Shown here: piece by piece, positions 19,660-29,565 of the stretch | Layout of the letters: every line of letters starts with the position of its first letter | Position numbering within the stretch: position 1 is the stretch's first letter | Virus record (IMG/VR): IMGVR_UViG_3300027749_000034 | Direction: 5' to 3' (one strand) | Origin: a virus | Taxonomy: Duplodnaviria; Caudoviricetes | DNA length: 64,000 bases | Made by a program: the position numbers and the translations under genes | The notes under the pieces: generated by a model | Told to the model about the DNA's origin: nothing | Database searches by the model: none | What the model saw: the letters and a program-made list of their open reading frames with translations, nothing else

Positions 19660-19684
19660 CAGGGCACATTGGTTGCCCTGTTTT
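19660..19684 (+). terminator. Intrinsic terminator
   Basis: CAGGGCA-CATTGGT-TGCCCTG followed by TTTT. Confidence 0.7.
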
Positions 19685-19685
19685 C

Positions 19686-19714
19686 TTGACTTGTTATAAG
19701 TATTTTGCTACAAT
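19686..19714 (+). promoter_or_regulatory. Sigma70-type promoter with nested late motif
   Basis: TTGACT-17 bp-TACAAT; TATAAGTA lies in the spacer (19695-19702). Confidence 0.65.
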
Positions 19715-19720
19715 AACATA

Positions 19721-20236
19721 ATGAAAGTAATTAATGTCATTGCAGGCCCAGGTGCAGGTAAAAGCACTCTAGCGTCAGGACTTTATCATGAAGCCAAACG
19801 CCGAGGGTGGAATGTAGAATTGGTCACGGAAGTGGCCAAAGACCTAGTCTGGGAAGGCCGCACAGTTGCGCTTAGTAATCAAGCGTATGTGTTTGGTAGG
19901 CAGATTCAACGCCTACATAGACTTAATGGACATGTCGATTATGTAATAACCGACAGTCCAGTGTTATTGAGTGCTATCTATGCTCCGGAGGATTACCCTG
20001 TAGAGTGGGAGCAGGTAGTAGTAGAACTCTGGAAGCGTTACAACAATGTTGTAGCATTTCTAGGGCGCGGCCCGTGGTTCGATGATCATGGCCGTGTGCA
20101 TAATCTCAATGCAAGCATTGAGATCGATCGGCGGATTGCGGTGCTCTTGGCCAAGCATGATATAACCTACACCCAGGTTGATCATGGATACCAGAGCCCA
20201 GGTGAAGTCTTAGACACTTTGTTGTCAAAGGCCTGA
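19721..20236 (+). CDS. P-loop NadR/AAA_28-like nucleotide kinase/ATPase
   Basis: Walker A GPGAGKST; EVAK; VITDSP. Confidence 0.75.
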   Translation: MKVINVIAGPGAGKSTLASGLYHEAKRRGWNVELVTEVAKDLVWEGRTVALSNQAYVFGRQIQRLHRLNGHVDYVITDSPVLLSAIYAPEDYPVEWEQVVVELWKRYNNVVAFLGRGPWFDDHGRVHNLNASIEIDRRIAVLLAKHDITYTQVDHGYQSPGEVLDTLLSKA

Positions 20237-20268
20237 CTGGAGGTAATCCAAATGAAAGGAGGTGTAAA

Positions 20269-20955
20269 ATGCACATGAACCATAAATTTTTATTGGGCAT
20301 GTCTAAGCAAAGAGTAGAATCTTTGCTAGTTAAAGTGACGCTGTCACTTTTAACTGTATTTGTAATTTTTGCGACAGCAATAGCACAGCCATCGCAAGCG
20401 CAGAGTCGTGCATACACAAACAGTATGACGTCAGTTACTGACTGGGTATCTGGTCAGCTTCACAGTTATGAAAATGAAACCTGGGAACACCGGGTTCGCA
20501 GACTAATGAACTCACAACTTGAAGAGATAGGTGGTATTCGCAAAGCAGTCAGTGACAAGCAAGTTCGTTGCCTTGCGGAAAATATCTATTATGAAAGCAG
20601 AGGTGAGTCATTGGAAGGACAGATTGCAGTTGCCAAGGTAACGCTCACCCGTCTAGAAGAAGGCTATGCTCGCACAGTATGTGGAGTAGTCAAACAGCGC
20701 AATCCCAACGGCTGTCAATTTGAGTGGGTATGCGCTGGCGCTGGAAATCCAGTGGGCTTTCATTGGAACCAAGCAGTTGGACTAGCAGTTGTTTTGATCA
20801 ATGAACCCAGCGCCATTGAGGATCCGACTAACGGTGCTACCCACTTCCATGCTACATATATAAACTGGCAACCAGGTTGGCAACGAGTCAAAGATTCGGT
20901 TCAACGCATTGGCAACCATGTTTTTTATAGAACTAAACCAAAAGAGGAAAAATGA
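20269..20955 (+). CDS. SleB-like cell wall hydrolase
   Basis: CLAENIYYESRGE..GQIAVA...TVCGVV...CQFEW...GATHFHA...IGNHVFY; N-terminal hydrophobic segment. Confidence 0.9.
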   Translation: MHMNHKFLLGMSKQRVESLLVKVTLSLLTVFVIFATAIAQPSQAQSRAYTNSMTSVTDWVSGQLHSYENETWEHRVRRLMNSQLEEIGGIRKAVSDKQVRCLAENIYYESRGESLEGQIAVAKVTLTRLEEGYARTVCGVVKQRNPNGCQFEWVCAGAGNPVGFHWNQAVGLAVVLINEPSAIEDPTNGATHFHATYINWQPGWQRVKDSVQRIGNHVFYRTKPKEEK

Positions 20956-21296
20956 GAAAATTATACTCGGCTAGATTATTAGAAGTACGGGGAACTGATA
21001 CCCTAGAAGTAGAACTAGATCTAGGTTTCAATGTGTACACACGTCAAAAGATTAGACTGTTTGGCGTATCGTCATGCGGTAAAGATGGCGATGTACGCAT
21101 TGTGCTCACAGAGCTTTGCAAGGATGGACTAATAGTAGAACCCATCATTACCAAACGAGCCAAATTAGGCCGTGTGCTTGGTTGGGCCTACATTGCAAAT
21201 GAAACCGGTGAACCTACATTAAATATCAACGAGGCACTAGTGGAACAAAACTTGGCTACAAGTTTCCAAGCCCCGGAAGAAGAGGAAGATGATTAA
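20952..21296 (+). CDS. Thermonuclease (SNase)-like protein, possibly degenerate
   Basis: GTDTLEVELDLGF...KIRLFGV...GRVLG...INEALVEQ pattern; canonical DGDT altered. Confidence 0.6.
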   Translation: MRKLYSARLLEVRGTDTLEVELDLGFNVYTRQKIRLFGVSSCGKDGDVRIVLTELCKDGLIVEPIITKRAKLGRVLGWAYIANETGEPTLNINEALVEQNLATSFQAPEEEEDD

Positions 21297-22048
21297 TGTA
21301 CGAACCAGGACTAACTGCTAGAAAAATAGCAGAGTTTGATACAGCCATATTTGACAAGTACCGTGAATGGGAACGGGCATTTGACTGGGAGCCAGCGGTT
21401 GACCCAAAAAGATATCTGCGGGCCGACGGCACTCATCTAATATATTTGCCCATCAATGATCTTCGTAATAAAATATCTGGATCTAATAACTTTGGACTTT
21501 TGACTAGAAACTATCAACCTAGTGTTCAAATACTTTGGAATAAGATTCTAAAGCCCATATGCGAGTATCTGGCAAGCCTTACTGGTATTGCAGATCCTGT
21601 AATTGTGCAAGCAGACCTTGCACGAATGCGACCTGTAACAGGTGACACAGTACTGCACACTGACACCAGATACAATCAACGATACGCAAGAAGATATAAT
21701 GTTGCAATCAGTACCAATGACGATTGTTGGCTGTACTACCAATCATATGATTTAACAACTGGTGGCACACGAAATCACATCAGCGAAGGTGAAGTTTGGG
21801 AACTGAATAACAAAATAATTCATACTGCTGTAAACTATGGCAACACCTGGAGAACACATTTGATCATTGATATTATGCCGCAAAACTATTACGACCGTAT
21901 GCTAGAGCTTTACAATCCCTATGCAACTGTTCCAAACCCACAAAATAAAAATACAACCTATGATTATGACATCAATGGTAATTTAGTACACGAGCCTTTA
22001 TTTGAAGACTTGCCACATTGCTTTTTAGCAAGGACACACTCACTATGA
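21296..22048 (+). CDS. Asp/Asn beta-hydroxylase-like 2OG-Fe(II) oxygenase
   Basis: LHTD...YNVAI...GEVWELNNKIIHTAVN...RTHLIID. Confidence 0.75.
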   Translation: MYEPGLTARKIAEFDTAIFDKYREWERAFDWEPAVDPKRYLRADGTHLIYLPINDLRNKISGSNNFGLLTRNYQPSVQILWNKILKPICEYLASLTGIADPVIVQADLARMRPVTGDTVLHTDTRYNQRYARRYNVAISTNDDCWLYYQSYDLTTGGTRNHISEGEVWELNNKIIHTAVNYGNTWRTHLIIDIMPQNYYDRMLELYNPYATVPNPQNKNTTYDYDINGNLVHEPLFEDLPHCFLARTHSL

Positions 22049-23373
22049 ACAAGACAATCACATTTGCAGACAAACTAACTGCATGGTTTGCACTATTAAG
22101 CGGATTAAGTATTTCCGCAGTTGCAGTATGGTATTCAGTTGCAGGACTGGTTGCAATCTTTGCGGCCAGTGTTATTCCTATTATTGTTATGGGTGTAGTA
22201 CTTGAACTAGGCAAGCTGGTGGCAACAGTTTGGTTAAAACAGAATTGGAGTATTGCCCCCAAGTTGATTCGACTGTATCTGTTTATTGCAGTGATCATCC
22301 TCATGATGATCACCAGCATGGGCATCTTTGGATACCTCAGCAAAGCACACTTGGACCAAGCAGTACCAACAGGCAATGTTGTTGCACAGGTTGCAATTTT
22401 TGATGAGAAAATTAAAACTGCAAAAGAAAACATTGAATCTGGCCGCAGGGCACTCAAGCAAATGGATGCTACCATTGACGAAACAATTGCCCGTAGCAAA
22501 GGCGAACAAGGTGCAATGAATGCAAATGCCATGCGTACTCGTCAGGCCAAAGAAAGAACACAGATCCAAGCAGACATTGCCAGGTCACAGGTTGAAATTG
22601 CCAAGCTCAATGAACAACGGGCTCCTATTGCGGCAGAGTTGCGTAAGGTTGAAGCTGAAGTAGGACCTATCAAATACATTGCCGCTTTGTTGTACAATGA
22701 CGACCCAGACACAAATACATTAGAAAAGGCAGTTCGCTTTGTTATTATTTTAATAGTTGTAATCTTTGATCCTTTGGCAGTCGTGCTATTGTTGGCAAGT
22801 CAGTATAGTTTTGCTTGGTTCCGCAAACAAGACGAAGAACAGCCTGCAGTCGTTGCAGTACCTGCGGCGGAATCTGTTGAGGCAAAAAAGAAGGAACCAA
22901 CCATAACAATGGTAGACTCAGATGAGACAGCAAACCTACCACAAGAGGTTGCCAACCCATATCCTGCCAACGAACAAGACATTGCTGAATTTGCAACAGC
23001 CATAGAGCAAGCCAAGGAAAAAGTTTGGGCTCAGCCTATAGAAGTTGTACAAGCACCAGTGGTAGAAACAACTGACAGCTGGCCACCGTTTGAAGGCATT
23101 AAAAATCCTGACAGTGGCAGTTGGGAACAAACAGGACCAGCGTTTGAAGAAACCAAAACAGCTACGGCTGTGGCAGAAGTCAAGGTGCCACCAATGGAAG
23201 CACCTCCAGGCACTCCTGGTGAAGTATGGGATACTCCTATTAAAGAAGGTTCCGAGCAACAGTCGGAAGATAACTTGGATAAAATATATAAGGCCAGTAC
23301 TGAAAAGCTGGCCAAAGAGCATCGCACCAAGGGTTGGTTTCAAGCAACATTCCCCAAGCGCGATGACAAATAA
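22045..23373 (+). CDS. Membrane-anchored coiled-coil phage protein
   Basis: N-terminal TM segments, coiled coil, further TM, acidic Pro-rich tail. Confidence 0.7.
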   Translation: MNKTITFADKLTAWFALLSGLSISAVAVWYSVAGLVAIFAASVIPIIVMGVVLELGKLVATVWLKQNWSIAPKLIRLYLFIAVIILMMITSMGIFGYLSKAHLDQAVPTGNVVAQVAIFDEKIKTAKENIESGRRALKQMDATIDETIARSKGEQGAMNANAMRTRQAKERTQIQADIARSQVEIAKLNEQRAPIAAELRKVEAEVGPIKYIAALLYNDDPDTNTLEKAVRFVIILIVVIFDPLAVVLLLASQYSFAWFRKQDEEQPAVVAVPAAESVEAKKKEPTITMVDSDETANLPQEVANPYPANEQDIAEFATAIEQAKEKVWAQPIEVVQAPVVETTDSWPPFEGIKNPDSGSWEQTGPAFEETKTATAVAEVKVPPMEAPPGTPGEVWDTPIKEGSEQQSEDNLDKIYKASTEKLAKEHRTKGWFQATFPKRDDK

Positions 23374-23385
23374 CAAAGGTTTATC

Positions 23386-23811
23386 TTGAACGATTCAAAT
23401 GTGTATGTGGTCAGTCCTCCAACATTGTACATGCCCGGTGGTGGACTTGCCTTTTGTCTTATTGGCAATGATAAGACATGGCAAGACTCTATTATAGAGT
23501 TATTAGAAAAAGGAATTCAAGATAATCAATTGACTTTTTATGTCAATGATTCGACCAATGTAGATCCTAAGACTTGGGTTTGGTATTGGCACATTGCAAC
23601 TAACTGTAGCATGATCATATGCGAACTGGCACATGCCAGCGAACAAGAAGTCAGGATGGCATTGGCCATGTGTAAAGAAAACATGCCAGTTATATTTTAT
23701 GTCAAGCCAGGCAATGATGAATTTATTGCACTACTCAATGCCATTGATATTCCCTGGGTTGAAGACCATGATGAACTAATAAAAATCATGGAGTCAGCTT
23801 TTGGCGGATAA
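23386..23811 (+). CDS. Hypothetical protein
   Basis: ORF track; TTG start; overlaps the clpX start. Confidence 0.6.
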   Translation: MNDSNVYVVSPPTLYMPGGGLAFCLIGNDKTWQDSIIELLEKGIQDNQLTFYVNDSTNVDPKTWVWYWHIATNCSMIICELAHASEQEVRMALAMCKENMPVIFYVKPGNDEFIALLNAIDIPWVEDHDELIKIMESAFGG

Positions 23812-25030
23812 ATCACCAACATTAAACTGTAGTTTCTGTAACAAACACAGAGATGCTGTAAAAGCATTGATTGCAGGAGATAAGGCATACATTTGCAATG
23901 AATGTATTCACCTGTGCCTAGAAGCAATGAATGAAGAAGTCAATGAAGAAAAATCTGAATTTGACGATGCTACTACTCCCAGAGACATCAAAGAGTACTT
24001 GGATAGATATGTGATTGGACAACATGAAGCCAAGCGCCAACTCAGTGTGGCAGTACGCAATCATTACAAACGACTCGGCCAAGTTGATACTGATCTTATT
24101 AAGAAAAGCAATGTATTGCTAATAGGTCCCACTGGCAGTGGCAAAACTTTGTTGGCCAAGAAACTGGCAGAACGGATCAATGTACCATTTGCAATTGCAG
24201 ATGCCACTACACTAACTGAAAGTGGATATGTTGGCGATGATGTTGAAAATGTCATCCATCGACTTTTGCAAAATGCAGGTGGCGACATTAAACGAGCTGA
24301 ACAAGGCATTATCTACATTGACGAAATAGACAAGAAAGGTCGCAAGAGTGAAAGCGCAAGCATCACCCGCGATGTATCAGGTGAAGGCGTACAACAAGCC
24401 TTGCTCAAGTTAATTGAAGGAACTGAATGTCGTGTACCAGTAGGCGGTGGCCGTAAGCATCCTGGACATGATGCAAATGTAATCAACACAAAAAATATTC
24501 TGTTCATCCTAGGTGGATCCTTTGTTGGTCTAGACGAGCAAGTGAAGAAAAGAATAACTGGTGGTACACGGATTGGCTTTGGTGCCAGCATAGACAAAGC
24601 AGAAGCTGATACTGGTCACTGGTTGCATTCGGTGGAGCCCGAAGACTTTGTCAAGTTTGGAATGATTCCAGAATTTATGGGCAGAGTACCAATCGTTGCC
24701 AGCTTGGATCCATTGGGCATCGACGAGTTGGTAAAAATTATGTCCGAACCCGAGGACAGTATTGAACGAGAATACAAGTCCATTTTTATGATGGATCAAG
24801 TGGAATTGGAATTTACTCCAGAATCCAAAAGTGCCATTGCTAATTTATGTGTTACTAAGAAAACTGGTGCCCGTGGATTACGCAGTATAATCGAGCAAAT
24901 TTTGCTGGATATACAGTTTAATCTACCTGAATTGGCTCTAGAAGGATTAAGTAAAGTTATAATTACTGAACAAAGTGTGGTAGACCACACGCCTGTTACT
25001 GTATACAAAAATTTAGAAATAGTGGCATAA
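23801..25030 (+). CDS. clpX: ATP-dependent Clp protease ATP-binding subunit ClpX
   Basis: CSFC..ICNEC zinc finger, [12 protein letters not shown] pore loop, RKH loop, IGF loop, GARGLR. Confidence 0.97.
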   Translation: MADKSPTLNCSFCNKHRDAVKALIAGDKAYICNECIHLCLEAMNEEVNEEKSEFDDATTPRDIKEYLDRYVIGQHEAKRQLSVAVRNHYKRLGQVDTDLIKKSNVLLIGPTGSGKTLLAKKLAERINVPFAIADATTLTESGYVGDDVENVIHRLLQNAGGDIKRAEQGIIYIDEIDKKGRKSESASITRDVSGEGVQQALLKLIEGTECRVPVGGGRKHPGHDANVINTKNILFILGGSFVGLDEQVKKRITGGTRIGFGASIDKAEADTGHWLHSVEPEDFVKFGMIPEFMGRVPIVASLDPLGIDELVKIMSEPEDSIEREYKSIFMMDQVELEFTPESKSAIANLCVTKKTGARGLRSIIEQILLDIQFNLPELALEGLSKVIITEQSVVDHTPVTVYKNLEIVA

Positions 25031-25039
25031 AAGGACACA

Positions 25040-25318
25040 ATGAGTAGAGACACACCAAAAAGAGAATCGCAATTTAATGGATCAATAGTTTACATCAACG
25101 ACGGCAATGTTGAAAAAGCTCTTCGTAAATTTAAAAAGAAAATCCAAGACAGCGGCAAGCTGGAAGAAGTAAAAGCCCGCATGGAATATGTCAAGCCAAA
25201 CATTGTCAAAACACAGACAAAAAATAAAGCTCGACGCAGACACCTAAAACAAGTTGAAGCAGATGAATTAGCAGGACGCAGGCCAGCCAAAGACGGTGGC
25301 AGAAAACGGCTATATTAA
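25040..25318 (+). CDS. rpsU: 30S ribosomal protein bS21
   Basis: VYINDGNVEKALRKFKKK...EEVKARMEYVKP...KARRR. Confidence 0.88.
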   Translation: MSRDTPKRESQFNGSIVYINDGNVEKALRKFKKKIQDSGKLEEVKARMEYVKPNIVKTQTKNKARRRHLKQVEADELAGRRPAKDGGRKRLY

Positions 25319-25320
25319 AT

Positions 25321-25349
25321 TTGACTTTGGTTTAGAAGATAAGTATAAT
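25321..25349 (+). promoter_or_regulatory. Sigma70-type promoter of hsp20
   Basis: TTGACT-17 bp-TATAAT; overlapping GATAAGTA late-like motif. Confidence 0.75.
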
Positions 25350-25356
25350 TGTGTTA

Positions 25357-25441
25357 TGCCAGTGCCAAGAGGGCTGGCAACGCACAGTGAGGCTCATGAA
25401 GAGCTCACAATGTTTAGACTCGCTATAAGGAGACTATTATG
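25357..25441 (+). promoter_or_regulatory. ROSE-like RNA thermometer 5' UTR
   Basis: Three hairpins; the last is CTC-G-CT-ata-AG-GAG, with the U(U/C)GCU motif and bulged G opposite the SD. Confidence 0.65.
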
Positions 25442-25867
25442 ACTAATCTAACACTTCATCACCCTTACCAACGCTTCGGCTTAGGTTTCGATCGTATGTT
25501 CAACGAACTGGATCGTTTGCTACAAGCCAGCAATGGTAACAATACAGGGTATCCCCCTTTCAATATTGAAAAACTACAAGACCATGCATATCGTATTACG
25601 ATGGCAGTTGCTGGCTTTGCAGAAAAAGATATTGAAGTAACCCTGCAAGAAAATACCCTGACTGTAAACGGCAACAAGCAAGAAGATGATACCAAAGAGT
25701 ATCTGCATCGTGGCATTGCCAATCGCAGTTTTAAGCGTGAGTTCGTTATTGGTGACCGAGTTGAAATCAATACTGCAAGCCTCAAAGACGGCATGTTGGT
25801 AATTGATCTAACCGAGGTAGTACCAGAAGAAATCAAGCCTAAGAAAATTCCTTTAATTACGGAATAA
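25439..25867 (+). CDS. Small heat shock protein Hsp20 (IbpA-like)
   Basis: GYPPFNIEK...YRITMAVAGF...YLHRGIANRSFKREF...DGMLVIDL. Confidence 0.95.
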   Translation: MTNLTLHHPYQRFGLGFDRMFNELDRLLQASNGNNTGYPPFNIEKLQDHAYRITMAVAGFAEKDIEVTLQENTLTVNGNKQEDDTKEYLHRGIANRSFKREFVIGDRVEINTASLKDGMLVIDLTEVVPEEIKPKKIPLITE

Positions 25868-25874
25868 TAAAAAT

Positions 25875-25904
25875 GTGTGGGCAAGTGCAAAAGCTTGCTC
25901 ACAC
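25875..25904 (+). terminator. Hairpin downstream of hsp20
   Basis: GTGTGGGCAAG...CTTGCTCACAC stem; no U-tract; followed by TAAATA. Confidence 0.45.
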
Positions 25905-25936
25905 TAAATATAGTGACTTAAACGGAACATAAAAAA

Positions 25937-26248
25937 ATGTCAGATACTGCTACCGAAACTATTAACAAGACAGATAACATCATTGGTGTCAAAGAACCAG
26001 AAAAATTTCGCGTGGTTATTTTAAACGACAACAGCACACCAATGGAATTTGTTATAGAACTACTCAAAGTTATATTTCATCATTCACAAGAAGGTGCAGT
26101 TGCAATCATGTTGCAGGTGCATCAGCTGGGCAAGGGCACAGCCGGAATTTATTCGTTTGAAGTAGCTGAACAAAAGGCCATGGAATCTACGCAAATAGCC
26201 CGTACCAATGGTCACCCGCTTGGGGTCAGTGTTGAACTTGCAGGATGA
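25937..26248 (+). CDS. clpS: Clp protease adaptor ClpS
   Basis: FRVVILNDNSTPMEFVIELL...MLQVH..GKGTAGIYSFEVAEQK. Confidence 0.93.
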   Translation: MSDTATETINKTDNIIGVKEPEKFRVVILNDNSTPMEFVIELLKVIFHHSQEGAVAIMLQVHQLGKGTAGIYSFEVAEQKAMESTQIARTNGHPLGVSVELAG

Positions 26249-26843
26249 AGAATTACCTCGCAAACTGATCATCGACATTGATGATACTTGCCTTGACACA
26301 TTAACAGCATTTGTCCGCTGGCTTGCTGTACTAGGTCGACTCAAAGGCGTCGAAGGCAATCGAATTACAAATAGAGAAACACTGGGTCACTGGTTAAACA
26401 TTCCAGATGATTTGGCAGATCTTTGGATGGGCGAATTTTGCGAACAAACTTGGCAATGGGGCGCACTATATCCAATGCTGGGTTCAGAACAAATACTACC
26501 AAAATTGGCCACAGCAGGTTGGGTCATCATTGGGTATACAAAGTCTAGCAATGAAATGAATCGCGCAATATTGCGTAGAGCAAACTTGGAATTGATCATG
26601 CCGGGTGTGTTCAAAGAACTGTATGTGGTTGGTAGAACTGCTAACCTGTATCCCCTGTTCAAAGAACACGAATATGCAGTCTGCGTTACCAGTACAGAAT
26701 CCACAGCCCGTATCAGTGCTCAAGCTGGGCATGCAACATACATGATCAAACAACCGTGGAATCTAGACTTTTCTGACATATCTGTCAGAAAATTCAACGA
26801 TTGGGTTGAGATAGAACAAGCACTGAGCAACGCAGTCACCTAA
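26208..26843 (+). CDS. HAD-family 5'-nucleotidase-like protein
   Basis: IDIDDT DxD motif; true start uncertain (possibly GTG 26229). Confidence 0.55.
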   Translation: MVTRLGSVLNLQDEELPRKLIIDIDDTCLDTLTAFVRWLAVLGRLKGVEGNRITNRETLGHWLNIPDDLADLWMGEFCEQTWQWGALYPMLGSEQILPKLATAGWVIIGYTKSSNEMNRAILRRANLELIMPGVFKELYVVGRTANLYPLFKEHEYAVCVTSTESTARISAQAGHATYMIKQPWNLDFSDISVRKFNDWVEIEQALSNAVT

Positions 26844-26849
26844 ATCTAT

Positions 26850-26857
26850 CATAACTA
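26850..26857 (+). promoter_or_regulatory. Late promoter-like motif CATAACTA
   Basis: 5 nt before ATG 26863; no SD. Confidence 0.4.
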
Positions 26858-26862
26858 TTGTT

Positions 26863-27855
26863 ATGATAAACAACATTGCCCCTATGCCCAGATTGCTCTG
26901 GGCTGAATCTAATCCTAGCACTTCTCGATTAAATGGAAACACGCAATTCACGGTACCCGGTGTTACACTCAAAGGTAATATGGATAATTGGGTGGCGTTG
27001 GATCCTGCGGTGGGATTTCTACTGATGAATGGCAGTGAACCCTGGAGCAATTATGCTAAAATTGGCAACAAAGTGTTACGGGTCGATCAAGATCTAGATC
27101 TAGGTTTCTTGTCGCATATTAGTCCCAAGGCCTGGCCAGAGATTGCCACAGCACTGGATCCCAAGTGGACCAGCATTCCTTATGTTCCATTGGATGTTCC
27201 TCGCATTGAACCCGACAACTGGGATTTGTTTTGGGAACTATGGAATGCAAAAAATTCTGACATCAGTCGCGGCCTAAATGAAACGCAGTATTGGAAAGGC
27301 CTTTGCATTTGGTTGAATCCAGCCATTGATCATACCAAATTCAACTACAACAATACTGTGATTGACGATTGGTCAATGCACTTTCCCAAGATGTTTGCAC
27401 AAATTAAAAATTGTTTGCCTTTTCACAGCTTAGAAAAAGTGGTGCTTTGGTCAAACATCAACGAAGTAGGTCCGCATTTTGATCCGGATGCAGTGATATA
27501 TCCTTGGCCAGACAGCTTGCGGATCATGCTGTGGGACACCAATGAGCGAGCAACATTTTGGATGAGTCGCTGGCCCAAACGAACAGATGATTTTAATCCA
27601 GAACCAATTGTAGTTCGTAACAAAGGCAAATACGGATGTGATCCAAAGCTTATTCCACAGGAAAAAAGAATGTATGTTGATCTGCCGCCAGAAACAAATA
27701 CATTTGTATTCAACAATGGCGCATACTTGCACGGTGCTGACATGGCAAAACCAAAAATTATCATGGCAGTCAAAGGACGACCAAAACTCTATCAGTGGAT
27801 CAAAGCCATTGAGCCCAGTTACAACAAGTATCGATCTATTATTCCAAACCTATAA
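26863..27855 (+). CDS. 2OG-Fe(II) oxygenase-like protein
   Basis: GPHFD...SLRIML...TFVFNNGAYLHGA (HxD...H). Confidence 0.6.
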   Translation: MINNIAPMPRLLWAESNPSTSRLNGNTQFTVPGVTLKGNMDNWVALDPAVGFLLMNGSEPWSNYAKIGNKVLRVDQDLDLGFLSHISPKAWPEIATALDPKWTSIPYVPLDVPRIEPDNWDLFWELWNAKNSDISRGLNETQYWKGLCIWLNPAIDHTKFNYNNTVIDDWSMHFPKMFAQIKNCLPFHSLEKVVLWSNINEVGPHFDPDAVIYPWPDSLRIMLWDTNERATFWMSRWPKRTDDFNPEPIVVRNKGKYGCDPKLIPQEKRMYVDLPPETNTFVFNNGAYLHGADMAKPKIIMAVKGRPKLYQWIKAIEPSYNKYRSIIPNL

Positions 27856-28760
27856 TGTCTACTATTAAAATTAAATCAATTCCTTCGCGTATGACAATAC
27901 ATGATTATGTTGACCAATATGTTACCAAGTTTAATACTTTTGGCAAAGCAGTGACTGAACCATCAAAGGATTACGGAACTTTTTTAAAATTTAAATTACC
28001 AGAAGATTTAAATTTTAAATTACTGGTTGAAGATACAAAACTGGCAATGGAAACATATGGCGCTTGGAATTACAGATTAAATGGTGGCGAAGGTGATCGC
28101 AAAGATCAAAGCTATGGTGGCATTGGACTGACATATAATGTCAATTACACTGATGGTGATATACATGAACAAATACAAGGAACCCATACACCAGGTACTG
28201 CAGATAATGTACCTAATCCATATTCACTTCTGAACAAAGAAGAAATGCCCAGAAATAAAAGAAATACACATTATGACACATATGGTTTTGTGTATAGAAC
28301 TCCGGCCAGTCGCGTTGGAGAACTTGGTAGATTTATAGATACTTTTAAGTGTCCACTGGTACGAACAGCAGTTCGAATCATTTATGCTGAAAATGAAGGG
28401 CCAGTTGGTGATGACAAGTTTGCTGGAGTAACTTGGCACATTGACGAAAGAATGCCAATTAATCTAAGAGTCAATATACCACTGGTGACACATCCTGATT
28501 ATGTACTAGAGCAAAAGGAGCATACTCCAATTCACCTGGAACAAGGCCATGCCTATACCTGGGATACAAATTTATTACATAGAGCCTATGCAAAAACACG
28601 CACCGCACCACCAAGAATACACTTGATGTTGGGATTCAGTTGCTGGTGGGACTTTAATGAAACAGCACAGACCTGGAGTTCAAACAAATTTACCGGTCGC
28701 AAACACCCGCTAGATATGTTGGTTGACGGTGATGTAATTCCAGGCTTAGAATTAACATAG
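27855..28760 (+). CDS. Asp/Asn beta-hydroxylase-like 2OG-Fe(II) oxygenase
   Basis: WHID...RVNIPLVTHP...GHAYTWDTNLLHRAY...RIHLMLG. Confidence 0.72.
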   Translation: MSTIKIKSIPSRMTIHDYVDQYVTKFNTFGKAVTEPSKDYGTFLKFKLPEDLNFKLLVEDTKLAMETYGAWNYRLNGGEGDRKDQSYGGIGLTYNVNYTDGDIHEQIQGTHTPGTADNVPNPYSLLNKEEMPRNKRNTHYDTYGFVYRTPASRVGELGRFIDTFKCPLVRTAVRIIYAENEGPVGDDKFAGVTWHIDERMPINLRVNIPLVTHPDYVLEQKEHTPIHLEQGHAYTWDTNLLHRAYAKTRTAPPRIHLMLGFSCWWDFNETAQTWSSNKFTGRKHPLDMLVDGDVIPGLELT

Positions 28761-28766
28761 ACTTAT

Positions 28767-29495
28767 TCAATAAGTCAAATAGTTTGATGTTTTAAATGGC
28801 TTGCCGTGGTAAGCATTTTCCAATTGAGTCATAATTTTATGTTTCATTTGGCGTACTTTTGGATGGGTATGATCGTATTCAAAAGATTTCATAAATCGCC
28901 CCCAACTGTTGGGGCAAACTCGTTTTGGAACTTTTGAATCCAGGTATTCTCGTATGGCTGTTGGATCAAATTCAAACTTATCAATCATGTCCTGTGCAAG
29001 ATTAAATGAGTGGGCACCTATTTCGTCTCTGTGGCCATAGTACTCTTGCCATGCACGATCCTTGGCATAATAGGCTGTGCTTTCATAACCTGGGAGATCT
29101 TTGAAGTTTCTAGCACGATATTGACGTGTGTGTATAATTTCGTGTAATATTGTATCTGCAAAAAGTCTGCAAATGCGCTCCCAACGATATGAACTGGTTT
29201 TCATAGTTTTAGCATCAGTGGGGAACGCCAATTCAACTTCAATAAATCGTTTCTTTCCTTGTTTATCGTCGTCACTGTAATAGGCGCCACCTATCCAAAT
29301 TTCACCTGATTTAACAAGCTTATGCTTATGACTGACCACTTTGATTGGAAGGTGTGTTTTAATATGCTTACTTAACTGACGACTAATTTCGCCTATAGGC
29401 AAGCGTTTGTCTACAATCTCTGGTTTGAGGCTGTAAAGCATTGAGTATAATGTATCTCGATCCAACGCGGACCAATTAAAAGCCTGACGTGTCAT
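28767..29495 (-). CDS. Hypothetical protein with HExxH zincin-like motif
   Basis: ILHEIIH...DEIGAHS; GGGAGG SD; start at ATG 29495. Confidence 0.7.
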   Translation of the reverse strand: MTRQAFNWSALDRDTLYSMLYSLKPEIVDKRLPIGEISRQLSKHIKTHLPIKVVSHKHKLVKSGEIWIGGAYYSDDDKQGKKRFIEVELAFPTDAKTMKTSSYRWERICRLFADTILHEIIHTRQYRARNFKDLPGYESTAYYAKDRAWQEYYGHRDEIGAHSFNLAQDMIDKFEFDPTAIREYLDSKVPKRVCPNSWGRFMKSFEYDHTHPKVRQMKHKIMTQLENAYHGKPFKTSNYLTY

Positions 29496-29514
29496 AAAAG
29501 CCTCCCAACAGTAG

Positions 29515-29522
29515 TATTTATA
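29515..29522 (-). promoter_or_regulatory. T4-type late promoter TATAAATA
   Basis: Exact consensus on the minus strand upstream of the SD of 28767-29495. Confidence 0.55.
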
Positions 29523-29557
29523 GTAGACATTTAGATCTTGCATGGTTGTGCAGAATA

Positions 29558-29565
29558 GATAACTA
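29558..29565 (+). promoter_or_regulatory. Late promoter-like motif GATAACTA
   Basis: 5 nt before ATG 29571; no SD. Confidence 0.4.
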
